20,000 nucleotides of DNA from an uncultured virus (IMG/VR IMGVR_UViG_3300042691_052636) (Duplodnaviria > Heunggongvirae > Uroviricota > Caudoviricetes). Location: IMG/VR virus record IMGVR_UViG_3300042691_052636. One strand, written 5' to 3'. The notes below the pieces were generated by a model. That model had not been told where the DNA came from. It did no database searches and saw only the letters and a list, made by a program, of their open reading frames with translations. This document shows positions 8,904 through 17,475 of the stretch, in pieces; position 1 is the first letter of the stretch; every line of letters starts with the position of its first letter. Position numbers and translations under genes: made by a program.

Positions 8904-10712
8904 ATGTCAGAAAACAAGGAAGATAAATCCGGTAATTTTTGGTCAACAGCTAAAATAGAAAAACTACTTTTTGAGGCTGAAGAAAATGGAATTGACTATA
9001 AAGAGGTTGATAACCCTTTTCATGAAAACGAACCAGAGCTAAGAAGGGGCAATGTACTTTTTGAATACACAGACTGGGAATTAGAAGAAATAAAGAAATG
9101 TGCATCTAATGTTGTGTACTTTGCAAACAACTATTGTAAAGTGATGACTGATGATGGTATCAGGCAAATTGAATTAAGAGATTATCAGATCCAAATTCTG
9201 AATCAATATCAACATCACAGAAAAAATGTATTCGTTTCCCCTAGGCAATCAGGAAAGACTATAACATCCTCTATATTCCTCTTATGGTACTTGCTATTCA
9301 ATTTTGAGAAAAATGCCATGATAATGGCAAACATCGGTGATACAGCTGCAGAATTGATGGATAAGATTAAAGTTATCCTTAAAGGATTACCTTTCTTTTT
9401 GAAACCTGGTATATTGGTTTACAACGTAATGACTATGAAGTTTGATAATGGTTGCAGAATAATGGCAAAAACAACCACTAAAACATCTTCCATCGGTTAT
9501 ACCATTCACATGCTCTACATGGATGAGTTTGCACACATCAACCCAAACTTCATAAACCAATTCTTCAAATCCGTATACCCAACTATTTCATCTTCACAAA
9601 TTTCAAGAGTAATCATAACATCCACACCGAATGGGATGAATAAATTTTGGGAAATTTATAAAGGTGCAATTGAAAAGGAAAACGATTTTAATCCGATAAG
9701 AGTAGAATGGTGGCAAATACCTGGAAGAGATGACGAATGGAAGAAAAGAGAAATAGCTGCACTAGGATCAGAAGAAGATTTCAATCAAGAGTATGGATGT
9801 CAATTCTTATCGTCATCTAGACTTCTCCTTGATTCCCAAAGCCTCAAAAGACTCAAAATCAACGAGCAGGATTTTATACACCATGATCTATTCCCATTTG
9901 AAAATAGTCACGTAGATTATTCTAACCTTATTTGGCATCCCAAATTTGATCCAACGTCCATATTTGAAAAGGAAGGACAGAAATTTTATCTTTCGATTGA
10001 TACTGCAGGTGGAGGTGGAGGTGACTATTCGGTAGTAAACATTTTCAAAGTTGCCCCAATGCCATCTAACATCATAAAATCTAAGAAATTTTATGAGGAC
10101 GAAAGTGACTTTTTCTGTCTATTACAGGTTGGAATTTTTAGATCAAATCTTATCCAGATAGATGAATTGAAGGTGTTTTTAGAGATACTGGTAACACAAA
10201 TTCTAGGAGTGGACAACACTAGAATCGTAATTGAGATTGATTATAAGGGAGAGATTCTAATGGACAAGCTTTTAGATTCGGAAGAGTTTTATGAAGAAAT
10301 GTTCGTTTATACAAGGCACTCAGAAGCATCTACTAGATTAAAGCCAGGAGTTAAGCTCACATCTAAGAACAAAGAAAAATACTGTTACGATCTCAAAATA
10401 CATGTAAAAAACAGTAAAATAATTCCGTCAGAAAAAAACACAGTACACGAATTAGCTAATTTTGGAATGAACCAGGGAGGAAGTTTTACTAGCCAAATTG
10501 GTAAGGATGATATTGCAATGACTTTGGTTGATATAAACTGTATCTTTGAAACTGGTGATTTTCAGGACACAGTAACTGACCTTTATGATGGTTTAAACGA
10601 GAAATTTAAAAAGTCTATAGAAGAAAAATTAAAAGAGAATACTGAAGCTTCCTCTGCAAAAGGAGGGGAAATGTCCAATTATACTTTCTTGAATGGTCTC
10701 CTTGATTCTTAA
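8904..10712 (+). CDS. Terminase large subunit, T4 gp17-like
   Basis: Adenine-binding LRDYQ, Walker A RQSGKT, Walker B YMDEFAH, coupling motif TSTPNG, FNQEYGCQF, RNase H-like nuclease motifs IDTAGGGGGDYS and KDDIAM. Confidence 0.95.
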   Translation: MSENKEDKSGNFWSTAKIEKLLFEAEENGIDYKEVDNPFHENEPELRRGNVLFEYTDWELEEIKKCASNVVYFANNYCKVMTDDGIRQIELRDYQIQILNQYQHHRKNVFVSPRQSGKTITSSIFLLWYLLFNFEKNAMIMANIGDTAAELMDKIKVILKGLPFFLKPGILVYNVMTMKFDNGCRIMAKTTTKTSSIGYTIHMLYMDEFAHINPNFINQFFKSVYPTISSSQISRVIITSTPNGMNKFWEIYKGAIEKENDFNPIRVEWWQIPGRDDEWKKREIAALGSEEDFNQEYGCQFLSSSRLLLDSQSLKRLKINEQDFIHHDLFPFENSHVDYSNLIWHPKFDPTSIFEKEGQKFYLSIDTAGGGGGDYSVVNIFKVAPMPSNIIKSKKFYEDESDFFCLLQVGIFRSNLIQIDELKVFLEILVTQILGVDNTRIVIEIDYKGEILMDKLLDSEEFYEEMFVYTRHSEASTRLKPGVKLTSKNKEKYCYDLKIHVKNSKIIPSEKNTVHELANFGMNQGGSFTSQIGKDDIAMTLVDINCIFETGDFQDTVTDLYDGLNEKFKKSIEEKLKENTEASSAKGGEMSNYTFLNGLLDS

Positions 10713-10721
10713 CTGGAGAAT

Positions 10722-10772
10722 GATATATAGATAGAAAAAGAAGTCCTAACGGATGAACTTCTTCGATATATA
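10722..10772 (+). promoter_or_regulatory. Tandem putative late promoters (GATATATA at 10722-10729 and 10765-10772) flanking a hairpin
   Basis: Two exact motif copies in the 78-nt gap before the sheath gene, with the stem-loop AAGAAG-TCC-TAAC-GGA-TGAA-CTTCTT between them. Confidence 0.6.
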
Positions 10773-10790
10773 CAAAAATAATATTTAAAG

Positions 10791-13700
10791 ATGGCCAAAC
10801 AAGTTAAACTTGATTTATCATTATTCAAAGCTTCTGGTGTTTACACATTAGAATTCGATGCTTCGGAAAACATTATAATCAACCCATCAACAATCCGATT
10901 GGTAGTTGGTTATTCTAATGTCGGACCTTTTAACACTCCTGTGTATTGTCCAGACATCACTACTTTCCAGGCAGTTTTTGGAGGAATTGATAAAGCATTA
11001 GAGAAAAAGGGATCTTTCTTCCATAGATCAGTTTTAACCTGCCTTCAGTCTGGTCCTGTTTTCGCTCTTAATCTAAGAATACTTAACAACAGTGTAGATG
11101 TTAATGGCGATCCAGATTTCGCTGAAGGAGCAGATGTTGCAAGATATAGAGCTTTCTCTGTTGACACAGAGGAACAAAATGGTAACAATGCAACAGGTGG
11201 TTATTCAGATCCTTTGACTAAGCAAGATAAATTAGTTTCTTCTTACTATAACAAAGAAAAGTTCTGGTTCCCAGACACTGAGTATTTATTGGCCACTGAA
11301 GACACTTCTAGCTCACAGCCTGATTCTAGAAAGCTATTCAGCTTAGTAAACCTTGGTCAGAGCCCAGTATCAATCATCGTTAGAAAATCCCTTGATTCTA
11401 GATTCCCATTAAAAGGGTTTGATATAACTGCAAGAGAATATTTTGGTCCAGACAACGTGCCTTCTTATATGAACCAATATGATTATTTGTCAGATTGGTT
11501 TGTAGATGTTATTGCAGTTAGTGGAAACTGGACAGATTACCAGGCTTTGGCAAACGATCCAGTATATAGTGCTTACTTTACATCTAAAGGATTCATTAAA
11601 TCTAAAATCGATGATTTCCTTTCTATAGATGGAGTAAACATTGTTTTAACTGTTACTGGAACACTCATTCCTAACTTCACTGACCAAAACGGAACTCTAA
11701 GATATGTTCAGACATTGATTAATAATCAAACTCAACAAACTGGAATTTTCTGTGCAGTTAATGAAGAGGCTTTAGACGATTTAGAGAATAATTCTTCAGT
11801 AATTGACTTAGTTGGTCACCACTTGGTTGATGAAATTGGTGCTGATGCTGATATCACTTCAGTTCCAAAGAATTTGAACTTCCTTTCTTATAGCCAAAAT
11901 CTCTTTGCAGATTTTACTTATTATAGAAATGTAGATGGAGCTACTGGAGGTACAGCTATAACTGACACAGGAGTTTCACCAGGAACTGGATTTGATGAAC
12001 TTCCTGAAACAGGAACATTGGTTGAGGATTCAACTTTGTTCAGCAACACTGGACCTGGTATCTTGTACACAGATATGAATAATGCTTGGACAATTTCTGG
12101 AAGTAAAATTTTATTCGATACCAAGTTTACTAATCCAACATATCACGACGACCAAATTACAGCTGTACAGGAATTCTTAGATATTACAACTACATCTCCT
12201 GCAGCTAAATGGGTCCTTGGTAAAGTTACTAGTTCACTTCCTACCCCTGGTTATTTAGGATTTTATGTAGGAGATCTTGTTAAATTGAAGGTTATCTCAT
12301 CCGAGACAATTACAAATTCAACTTTAGCAGCTGGTGTTCAAACCCAGGTTAGAATGAAACTTACTCACCCATTAATTGGTGCAACAGTAGGTACAACTTA
12401 TGTTCAACCTTGGTACGAAACGAATAAAAACTCAGCAGATGCTTATCAAATAGGAAGTCCAGATTACTTTGATAATGATGATGTTTACTTCTCGCCTGAT
12501 ATTCCAATCGGAGATGATAGCTATTTGGCTTACGAAAATTCTGTAGCTTATCAGGATTGGGTAAAAGGAAATATTGGAGATGGAGACGTTGTTTGGCAAG
12601 ACGATACTGGAACTCTTTTACAATATTTGAAATTCGAAACAAATGTTGATAGAGATGGATTCAACGTATTGGTTGTGAGAGCGTTTACAGACGATACTTT
12701 CGACACTCCTGAAGCTATTGCTACTTGGGATACTTCATATATCAGCTCATTGCCAGTAGGAACTAATCTTACTACAGGTGAAGCTTTCAACATCGTTTCT
12801 ACTGCTGGTAACGTCAGCGATTATGTTGACATTATCACTCAGTTAGCTCCGAATGTTGTTGAACTTACTGAAGCTGAAGCTGAAGCGTCAGGAATTAAAG
12901 TTGGAGATCTATTGGTATCTACTGACACTCAAACTTACGATAATCCATTAACTGAAAACCTTCAGTCAAGATTAACAAGAGTTCTTGAAGTTAAATCCGT
13001 ATCTTCAGCAGCGTCGCCTGGAGTTTATACGATACAAGTAAAAACAGAAAGACCTATCCAATTGTACCCAGGTGCAACAACAAGAGTTTGGAAATTCAAG
13101 AACATACAGGAATTTGTTAAGACGTTTAACTTCACTTATCTCCCAGGTGCTGCAATAAAAGCTGCTTCTGTACCTAACGGAACAGATACAAGAATGAACG
13201 CAATTCTTGATGTGATGACAGACACAAATTTGGCTAGAACACTAGCTGATACTGATGTTATTACATTCAGATACATTGTGGATACTTTTGATGGAGGTAT
13301 TCAACCAAACTGTAAATACCAACTTACTAGATTGGCTAAGAACAGACAGAAGTGTATGGCAATATGCAACGCACCTTCTATGCAGAAATTCTCTGATTCT
13401 ATAGATCCTAGATTTACTTCTGCACCAACGTCAACTGATCCAGCACCAATTCTTCAAGCAAGATACATTGCAGATGGTGGTAATTTGAGTTTGAATCCTT
13501 CATTCACATTCTCTTTACCTGATGAAGACTTAGGAGCTAAATTCTCTGGTTTCTTTGCTCCTTTCTTGACAATTAGAGAAAACGGCAAGAATTTGAATGT
13601 TCCACCAGCTGCTTACGTGTCAAACAACTTCATACGTAAGTTTATCACAGGTGAACCTTATTCAATAGTAGCAGGTGTTAAAAGAGGTATTATCTCAGCA

Positions 13701-14186
13701 GGTAATTTAGTTGGTCTTGAATATGATTTCGATTTAGAAGATAGAGAATATTTGGAACCATTTGGTATCAACCCAATCATCCGTAAGAGAGGAATTGGAG
13801 TAGTTATCTACGGTAACCAAACAAGCTATCAAAGAACTAACTCAGCATTCAATAACCTCCATGTTAGAGATCTTCTGATCACTATTGAAAGCGCTATTGA
13901 AGAGATTCTTTCAAATTATGTATTTGATTTCAACGAAGACTCAGTAAGACTTGAAATTAAAACATTGGTAGATAATTACTTAACAGGTGTAAGATCTGTA
14001 GGTGGTATTTATAACTACTTGAGCATTATGGATTCTTCTAATAACACACCAGCAATCATAGATCAGAATCTAGGTATTATAGATGTTATAATCGAACCTG
14101 CAAGGGGAATCCACAAATTTATTAACAGATTAACGGTAACAAGAACTGGAGGCATTGCTTCTGGAGGATTTATCCAATTTTCTTAA
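10791..14186 (+). CDS. Contractile tail sheath protein, T4 gp18-like (1131 aa)
   Basis: N-terminal SGVYTLEFD and GPFNTPV. C-terminal sheath domain with VPPAAYV, AGVKRGII, REYLEPFGINPI, IYGNQT, SAFNNLHVRDLL, FDFNE, DSSNNTPAIIDQN, IIEPARGI. Confidence 0.95.
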   Translation: MAKQVKLDLSLFKASGVYTLEFDASENIIINPSTIRLVVGYSNVGPFNTPVYCPDITTFQAVFGGIDKALEKKGSFFHRSVLTCLQSGPVFALNLRILNNSVDVNGDPDFAEGADVARYRAFSVDTEEQNGNNATGGYSDPLTKQDKLVSSYYNKEKFWFPDTEYLLATEDTSSSQPDSRKLFSLVNLGQSPVSIIVRKSLDSRFPLKGFDITAREYFGPDNVPSYMNQYDYLSDWFVDVIAVSGNWTDYQALANDPVYSAYFTSKGFIKSKIDDFLSIDGVNIVLTVTGTLIPNFTDQNGTLRYVQTLINNQTQQTGIFCAVNEEALDDLENNSSVIDLVGHHLVDEIGADADITSVPKNLNFLSYSQNLFADFTYYRNVDGATGGTAITDTGVSPGTGFDELPETGTLVEDSTLFSNTGPGILYTDMNNAWTISGSKILFDTKFTNPTYHDDQITAVQEFLDITTTSPAAKWVLGKVTSSLPTPGYLGFYVGDLVKLKVISSETITNSTLAAGVQTQVRMKLTHPLIGATVGTTYVQPWYETNKNSADAYQIGSPDYFDNDDVYFSPDIPIGDDSYLAYENSVAYQDWVKGNIGDGDVVWQDDTGTLLQYLKFETNVDRDGFNVLVVRAFTDDTFDTPEAIATWDTSYISSLPVGTNLTTGEAFNIVSTAGNVSDYVDIITQLAPNVVELTEAEAEASGIKVGDLLVSTDTQTYDNPLTENLQSRLTRVLEVKSVSSAASPGVYTIQVKTERPIQLYPGATTRVWKFKNIQEFVKTFNFTYLPGAAIKAASVPNGTDTRMNAILDVMTDTNLARTLADTDVITFRYIVDTFDGGIQPNCKYQLTRLAKNRQKCMAICNAPSMQKFSDSIDPRFTSAPTSTDPAPILQARYIADGGNLSLNPSFTFSLPDEDLGAKFSGFFAPFLTIRENGKNLNVPPAAYVSNNFIRKFITGEPYSIVAGVKRGIISAGNLVGLEYDFDLEDREYLEPFGINPIIRKRGIGVVIYGNQTSYQRTNSAFNNLHVRDLLITIESAIEEILSNYVFDFNEDSVRLEIKTLVDNYLTGVRSVGGIYNYLSIMDSSNNTPAIIDQNLGIIDVIIEPARGIHKFINRLTVTRTGGIASGGFIQFS

Positions 14187-14202
14187 AAATATAAATTAGA
14201 AG

Positions 14203-14236
14203 AAAAAGGCTTAGATTAATCTAAGCCTTTTTTTTT
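14203..14236. terminator. Probable bidirectional intrinsic terminator (perfect 30-bp palindrome plus T-run)
   Basis: AAAAAGGCTTAGATTAATCTAAGCCTTTTT (14203-14232), with T9 on + and T5 on -, between the convergent sheath and endonuclease genes. Confidence 0.8.
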
Positions 14237-15808
14237 GTATTCCCATTTCAAATTACCAAAATCCCATAATTTATAATAACCTCTCTCAGTCATAATAATA
14301 TCCTCAGTTTTAGTTCTATCGAAACCGTCTTTAATTAATTTATCTTTTCTGAAATTGAATCTATGGTATCTAATATTACTCTTACACCAATAGTAATTAG
14401 GCTTGCTTTTAGATATAAAATCAAATCCTATATTTTGGTAGAGATTTCCAGTATACCAAGAATTGTCTTGATAAGAAATAACTAGATCCGGATCAAATTC
14501 TTTGATAAATTTATTGAAAAGTTTAGATGCACCTCCTACTACGGTCGTTCCTAATTTATTACAGAATCTTAATAACTCATATTCTCCCTCTTTTGATCTT
14601 TGACCCAAAGATTTCCTTTTTGCCCCAAAAGTCATAATTGAGACTAATTCTGAATCATAATAAAGTCCCAGCTTGATTCGTGATGGAACATATCCTTGTA
14701 TGTGATTAGTATCAAGAAAATCCTTTTCTTCTCTGGCAGTAATTTTTAGGATATTACATTTTCTTGCATATATTTTTTTACAAAGACCTAAAGCATTCAA
14801 GATTCTGCTTTTTATGATTTCTTTTTTTAGGAGCCAACTGTCCTCCCAAATGTGGTAAATTTTTATCCCCTTATTCTCAATAATATTTTTCTTATTAAGA
14901 TTTCCATTTTTCCCCTTAAAGATCTCACTATGCCACCAGATCCCATGGAATTCAAAACCTACATTTAATTCAGGTAAAAAGAAATCAATTTCCTTACCTT
15001 CGCATATTTTTCTATCGTGAGTTATTATTTCCAAAGCGTATATTTCTTTGAGGTACTCACTAAGTTCATTTTCTGCTCTAGATTCAGAATAAAGAGGGGG
15101 ACTGCATTTTAAGCACGGATTTTGTCCAGCTGATATTTTCTTATTAAAGTATGAAGTTGATGAGACTGAAGAATTGCTGCAAATATTACATTGTATTTTA
15201 ACTTCTTTAGTGTTAAAATCTTTTATTTCTATTGGTATATTAAATTTTTCAATTTTAGAGATTCTATCTTTAGAATTATTTTCTATAATACTTTCAGAGA
15301 TTCTTTTTTTATTTTCTTCTACTTTTAACCAGCTTGTTTCTCCAAATTTTTCCAAATTTGTTTTTTTGATCTTATTTTTTACCTCCTCGTTCTTTCCAGG
15401 GTTATCAACTCCAAACTTTGATATGAAAGTATCCTTTAATTTTGTCTTAAATGTTTCAGTTTGAAACAAATGGTCTACTCCGTATTTATTTTGGTAAAAT
15501 TCTTTAACTGACCTATTGTTTTCCCTTGAAACGCATTCTTTATCCCCGCATGTCTTATTATAGCCCTTTTTGAAGTTTCTCCAAGATCTTGGTTTACCAC
15601 ATTCACAAAATTTGATTTTTTTGTCCTCAAATACAAATTTCAATCTTTGTACTTCACTCGGATTAGAATAAAGCTCTGATATGTCAAGGGATTTGGAATA
15701 CAGTTCTTTTTTTAGTTCCTCATTGTTTTTAATCAATTTAGAAAAAGCGTTTGCTTTTTTTGTCCCTTTTTTTATAGCTGTGTATTCTGAAAATAAATCT
15801 GGTTCCAT
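14216..15808 (-). CDS. Free-standing Hef-like homing endonuclease (Zn fingers, K[YF]G repeats, Vsr/PD-(D/E)xK-like nuclease, C-terminal Mom/GNAT-like domain)
   Basis: CECG...TCGDKEC and CNIC...CLKC; repeats KYGVDH, KFGVDN, KFGETS; EIDFFLPELNVGFEFHGIWWH and IYHIWEDSW; KIYARKC...NHIQG...ELLRFC...GGASKL...ISYQD...GNLYQNIGF. Lys-rich and antisense within a conserved structural operon. Confidence 0.8.
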   Translation of the reverse strand: MEPDLFSEYTAIKKGTKKANAFSKLIKNNEELKKELYSKSLDISELYSNPSEVQRLKFVFEDKKIKFCECGKPRSWRNFKKGYNKTCGDKECVSRENNRSVKEFYQNKYGVDHLFQTETFKTKLKDTFISKFGVDNPGKNEEVKNKIKKTNLEKFGETSWLKVEENKKRISESIIENNSKDRISKIEKFNIPIEIKDFNTKEVKIQCNICSNSSVSSTSYFNKKISAGQNPCLKCSPPLYSESRAENELSEYLKEIYALEIITHDRKICEGKEIDFFLPELNVGFEFHGIWWHSEIFKGKNGNLNKKNIIENKGIKIYHIWEDSWLLKKEIIKSRILNALGLCKKIYARKCNILKITAREEKDFLDTNHIQGYVPSRIKLGLYYDSELVSIMTFGAKRKSLGQRSKEGEYELLRFCNKLGTTVVGGASKLFNKFIKEFDPDLVISYQDNSWYTGNLYQNIGFDFISKSKPNYYWCKSNIRYHRFNFRKDKLIKDGFDRTKTEDIIMTERGYYKLWDFGNLKWEYKKKGLD

Positions 15809-15832
15809 GTATATCCCTTGTAGGTTTAACCT

Positions 15833-15971
15833 TATATATCAAGCCCAATATATAGTTGTTTCTATTAAAAAAAAAACTGAATACTGATATATACTAAGAT
15901 AGTTAATTAATTTGATCAACTCCGCTATTTTACATTTAAATTTTATGCTGAAATAGTTAGACAAATATATA
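15833..15971. promoter_or_regulatory. Divergent promoter cluster: GATATATA on - (15833-15840); AATATATA 15847-15854, GATATATA 15886-15893 and AATATATA 15964-15971 on +
   Basis: Four motif copies in the 175-nt gap between the endonuclease and tail tube 1. Confidence 0.6.
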
Positions 15972-15983
15972 ATTCAAAAGACA

Positions 15984-16556
15984 ATGGCAGGTTTACCACA
16001 TTATACCAGTTCGAAGGCTTCTATTAACAAATACGAACCAGTTTTCCTGAACCAGTTTGAGGTATTAATATCTCCTCCAACTGGTGTAGCTGCTCCACAA
16101 GGAAATCCAGGAAGTGGAAATATTTTATTAGAGCAAGTTACAAGAGTATCTGGTTTACAGGTAGATCAGAACCCAGGAGAAATAACTCAGCAATTCAAAT
16201 TTGCAAAGAGATATTATTCTGGAGCAGCTCCTCAAAGAACTGGTTTAGACGTAGATATTGAATTCGAGATTAACCTTGATGACAATAATTCTATGTATGT
16301 GTTCAAGATACTTCGCCAGTGGTCAGATTTAGTTTACAATCCTATAACTGGTGCTATGGGACTTAAGACAAATTATTCAGGTAACATTTTAATCAGTGTT
16401 TTCAATAAAGCTGGTGACGTGTTCAGAAGAATTAATTTGAAAGATTGCTTCCCTATTACACCAATTAACGAAATGGCTCTTAACTATACCCAAACAGGTA
16501 TTTATAAGATCAACGTGACATGGGCAGTAGATTATTTCGAAGATACATTTATATAA
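15984..16556 (+). CDS. Tail tube protein 1, gp19-like
   Basis: 190 aa, downstream of the sheath. EPVFLNQFEV, LRQWSDLVYNP, G.I.I..FNKAGDVFRRINLKDCFP and W-A-V-D-Y-F end fit the gp19/tail tube pattern. Confidence 0.85.
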   Translation: MAGLPHYTSSKASINKYEPVFLNQFEVLISPPTGVAAPQGNPGSGNILLEQVTRVSGLQVDQNPGEITQQFKFAKRYYSGAAPQRTGLDVDIEFEINLDDNNSMYVFKILRQWSDLVYNPITGAMGLKTNYSGNILISVFNKAGDVFRRINLKDCFPITPINEMALNYTQTGIYKINVTWAVDYFEDTFI

Positions 16557-16566
16557 TTAGAAGAAA

Positions 16567-17145
16567 ATGGCAGGATTACCACATTTCAGTTCATCTAAAG
16601 CAGCTGTACAACTTTATGAACCAGTTTACTTAAACCAGTTTGAGGTTATAATACAGCCACCAGTAGGTGTTTCTAATCCTTTAGGAAACGGAGGAAGAAC
16701 ATTACTTGTTGAGAACGTGCTTTCAATTTCTGGTCTTGCAGTTGATAAGAACCCAGGAGTTGCTGAACAAAGATATAAGTTTTCAAGAAGAAGATATGCT
16801 GCTGGAGCAGTAGATGATACTGGTGTAAAAGTCAGAATTGATTTTGAAACAAACCTTGATGACAATAATAGCAATTATGTTTTCAAGACTTTAAGACAAT
16901 GGTCTGACCTAGTTTACAACCCATTAACAGGTGCAACTGGTATTAAGTCTGTTTATGCTGGAGACACTTATATTCTTATTTCTATATTTAATAAGCAAGG
17001 TGATGTTTTCAGAAGAGTTAAGCTCGTAAACTGTTTCCCTGTTGACCAGATCAAATCGCTCGACCTTGATTACACTAACGGAACTACCCCTTACAAAGTG
17101 GCACTTTCCTTTAGAGCTGATTACTTCGAGGATCTTTTTAACTAA
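16567..17145 (+). CDS. Tail tube protein 2, gp19-like paralog
   Basis: 192 aa, colinear with tube 1 (MAGLPH, EPV.LNQFEV, NLDDNNS.YVFK.LRQWSDLVYNP.TGA.G.K, FNK.GDVFRR..L..CFP, DYFED). Confidence 0.85.
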   Translation: MAGLPHFSSSKAAVQLYEPVYLNQFEVIIQPPVGVSNPLGNGGRTLLVENVLSISGLAVDKNPGVAEQRYKFSRRRYAAGAVDDTGVKVRIDFETNLDDNNSNYVFKTLRQWSDLVYNPLTGATGIKSVYAGDTYILISIFNKQGDVFRRVKLVNCFPVDQIKSLDLDYTNGTTPYKVALSFRADYFEDLFN

Positions 17146-17159
17146 AATTTTAAAGGTTA

Positions 17160-17167
17160 AATATATA
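17160..17167 (+). promoter_or_regulatory. Putative late promoter AATATATA
   Basis: Motif copy in the gap after tube 2, immediately 5' of a terminator hairpin. Confidence 0.5.
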
Positions 17168-17168
17168 G

Positions 17169-17200
17169 ATGGAGACTCTACAAAGTCTCCATTTTATTTT
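17169..17200 (+). terminator. Intrinsic terminator after the tail tube genes
   Basis: 9-bp stem ATGGAGACT / AGTCTCCAT, 6-nt loop CTACAA, followed by TTTATTTT. Confidence 0.8.
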
Positions 17201-17252
17201 GTGGTCGAACCAGGAATAAAATGTCAGATACCAAATTACATGGACGACAGTT

Positions 17253-17468
17253 GTGACCCTGAAACAAAAAACAAGAACAGCTTCAGTTTGCTTGATATTG
17301 GCAACTTTCTTCAATCCATTTGGATTCGATATCCTTTTCGCTGCAATAATGAAATGGACAAATTCCTACTGGCATACTGTAGCAATTTTTTACTTCCTTT
17401 CGGCGCTATTCTTTGGATTATACTTTTTTTTCTCATTTAATAAGAAACTAAAAGAAACCAAGGAGTAA
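17253..17468 (+). CDS. Small two-TM membrane protein (71 aa, GTG start)
   Basis: Hydrophobic segments ASVCLILATFFNPFGFDILFAAIM and YWHTVAIFYFLSALFFGLYFFFSF with basic termini. Ends 7 nt before the next gene. Confidence 0.6.
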   Translation: MTLKQKTRTASVCLILATFFNPFGFDILFAAIMKWTNSYWHTVAIFYFLSALFFGLYFFFSFNKKLKETKE

Positions 17469-17475
17469 AATCTTC

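Noticed and set aside
8904..10712. Intein or intron in terminase, helicase or Rad50
   Set aside because: Lengths are near normal, motifs are colinear, and no intein splice motifs, LAGLIDADG blocks or frame breaks were seen.
14190..14197. TATAAATT resembling the T4 late promoter TATAAATA
   Set aside because: Single imperfect copy, directly before a terminator with no sense gene downstream.
17042..17440. 132-aa + strand ORF overlapping tube 2
   Set aside because: It overlaps tube 2, crosses a terminator and overlaps the more plausible 71-aa membrane gene.
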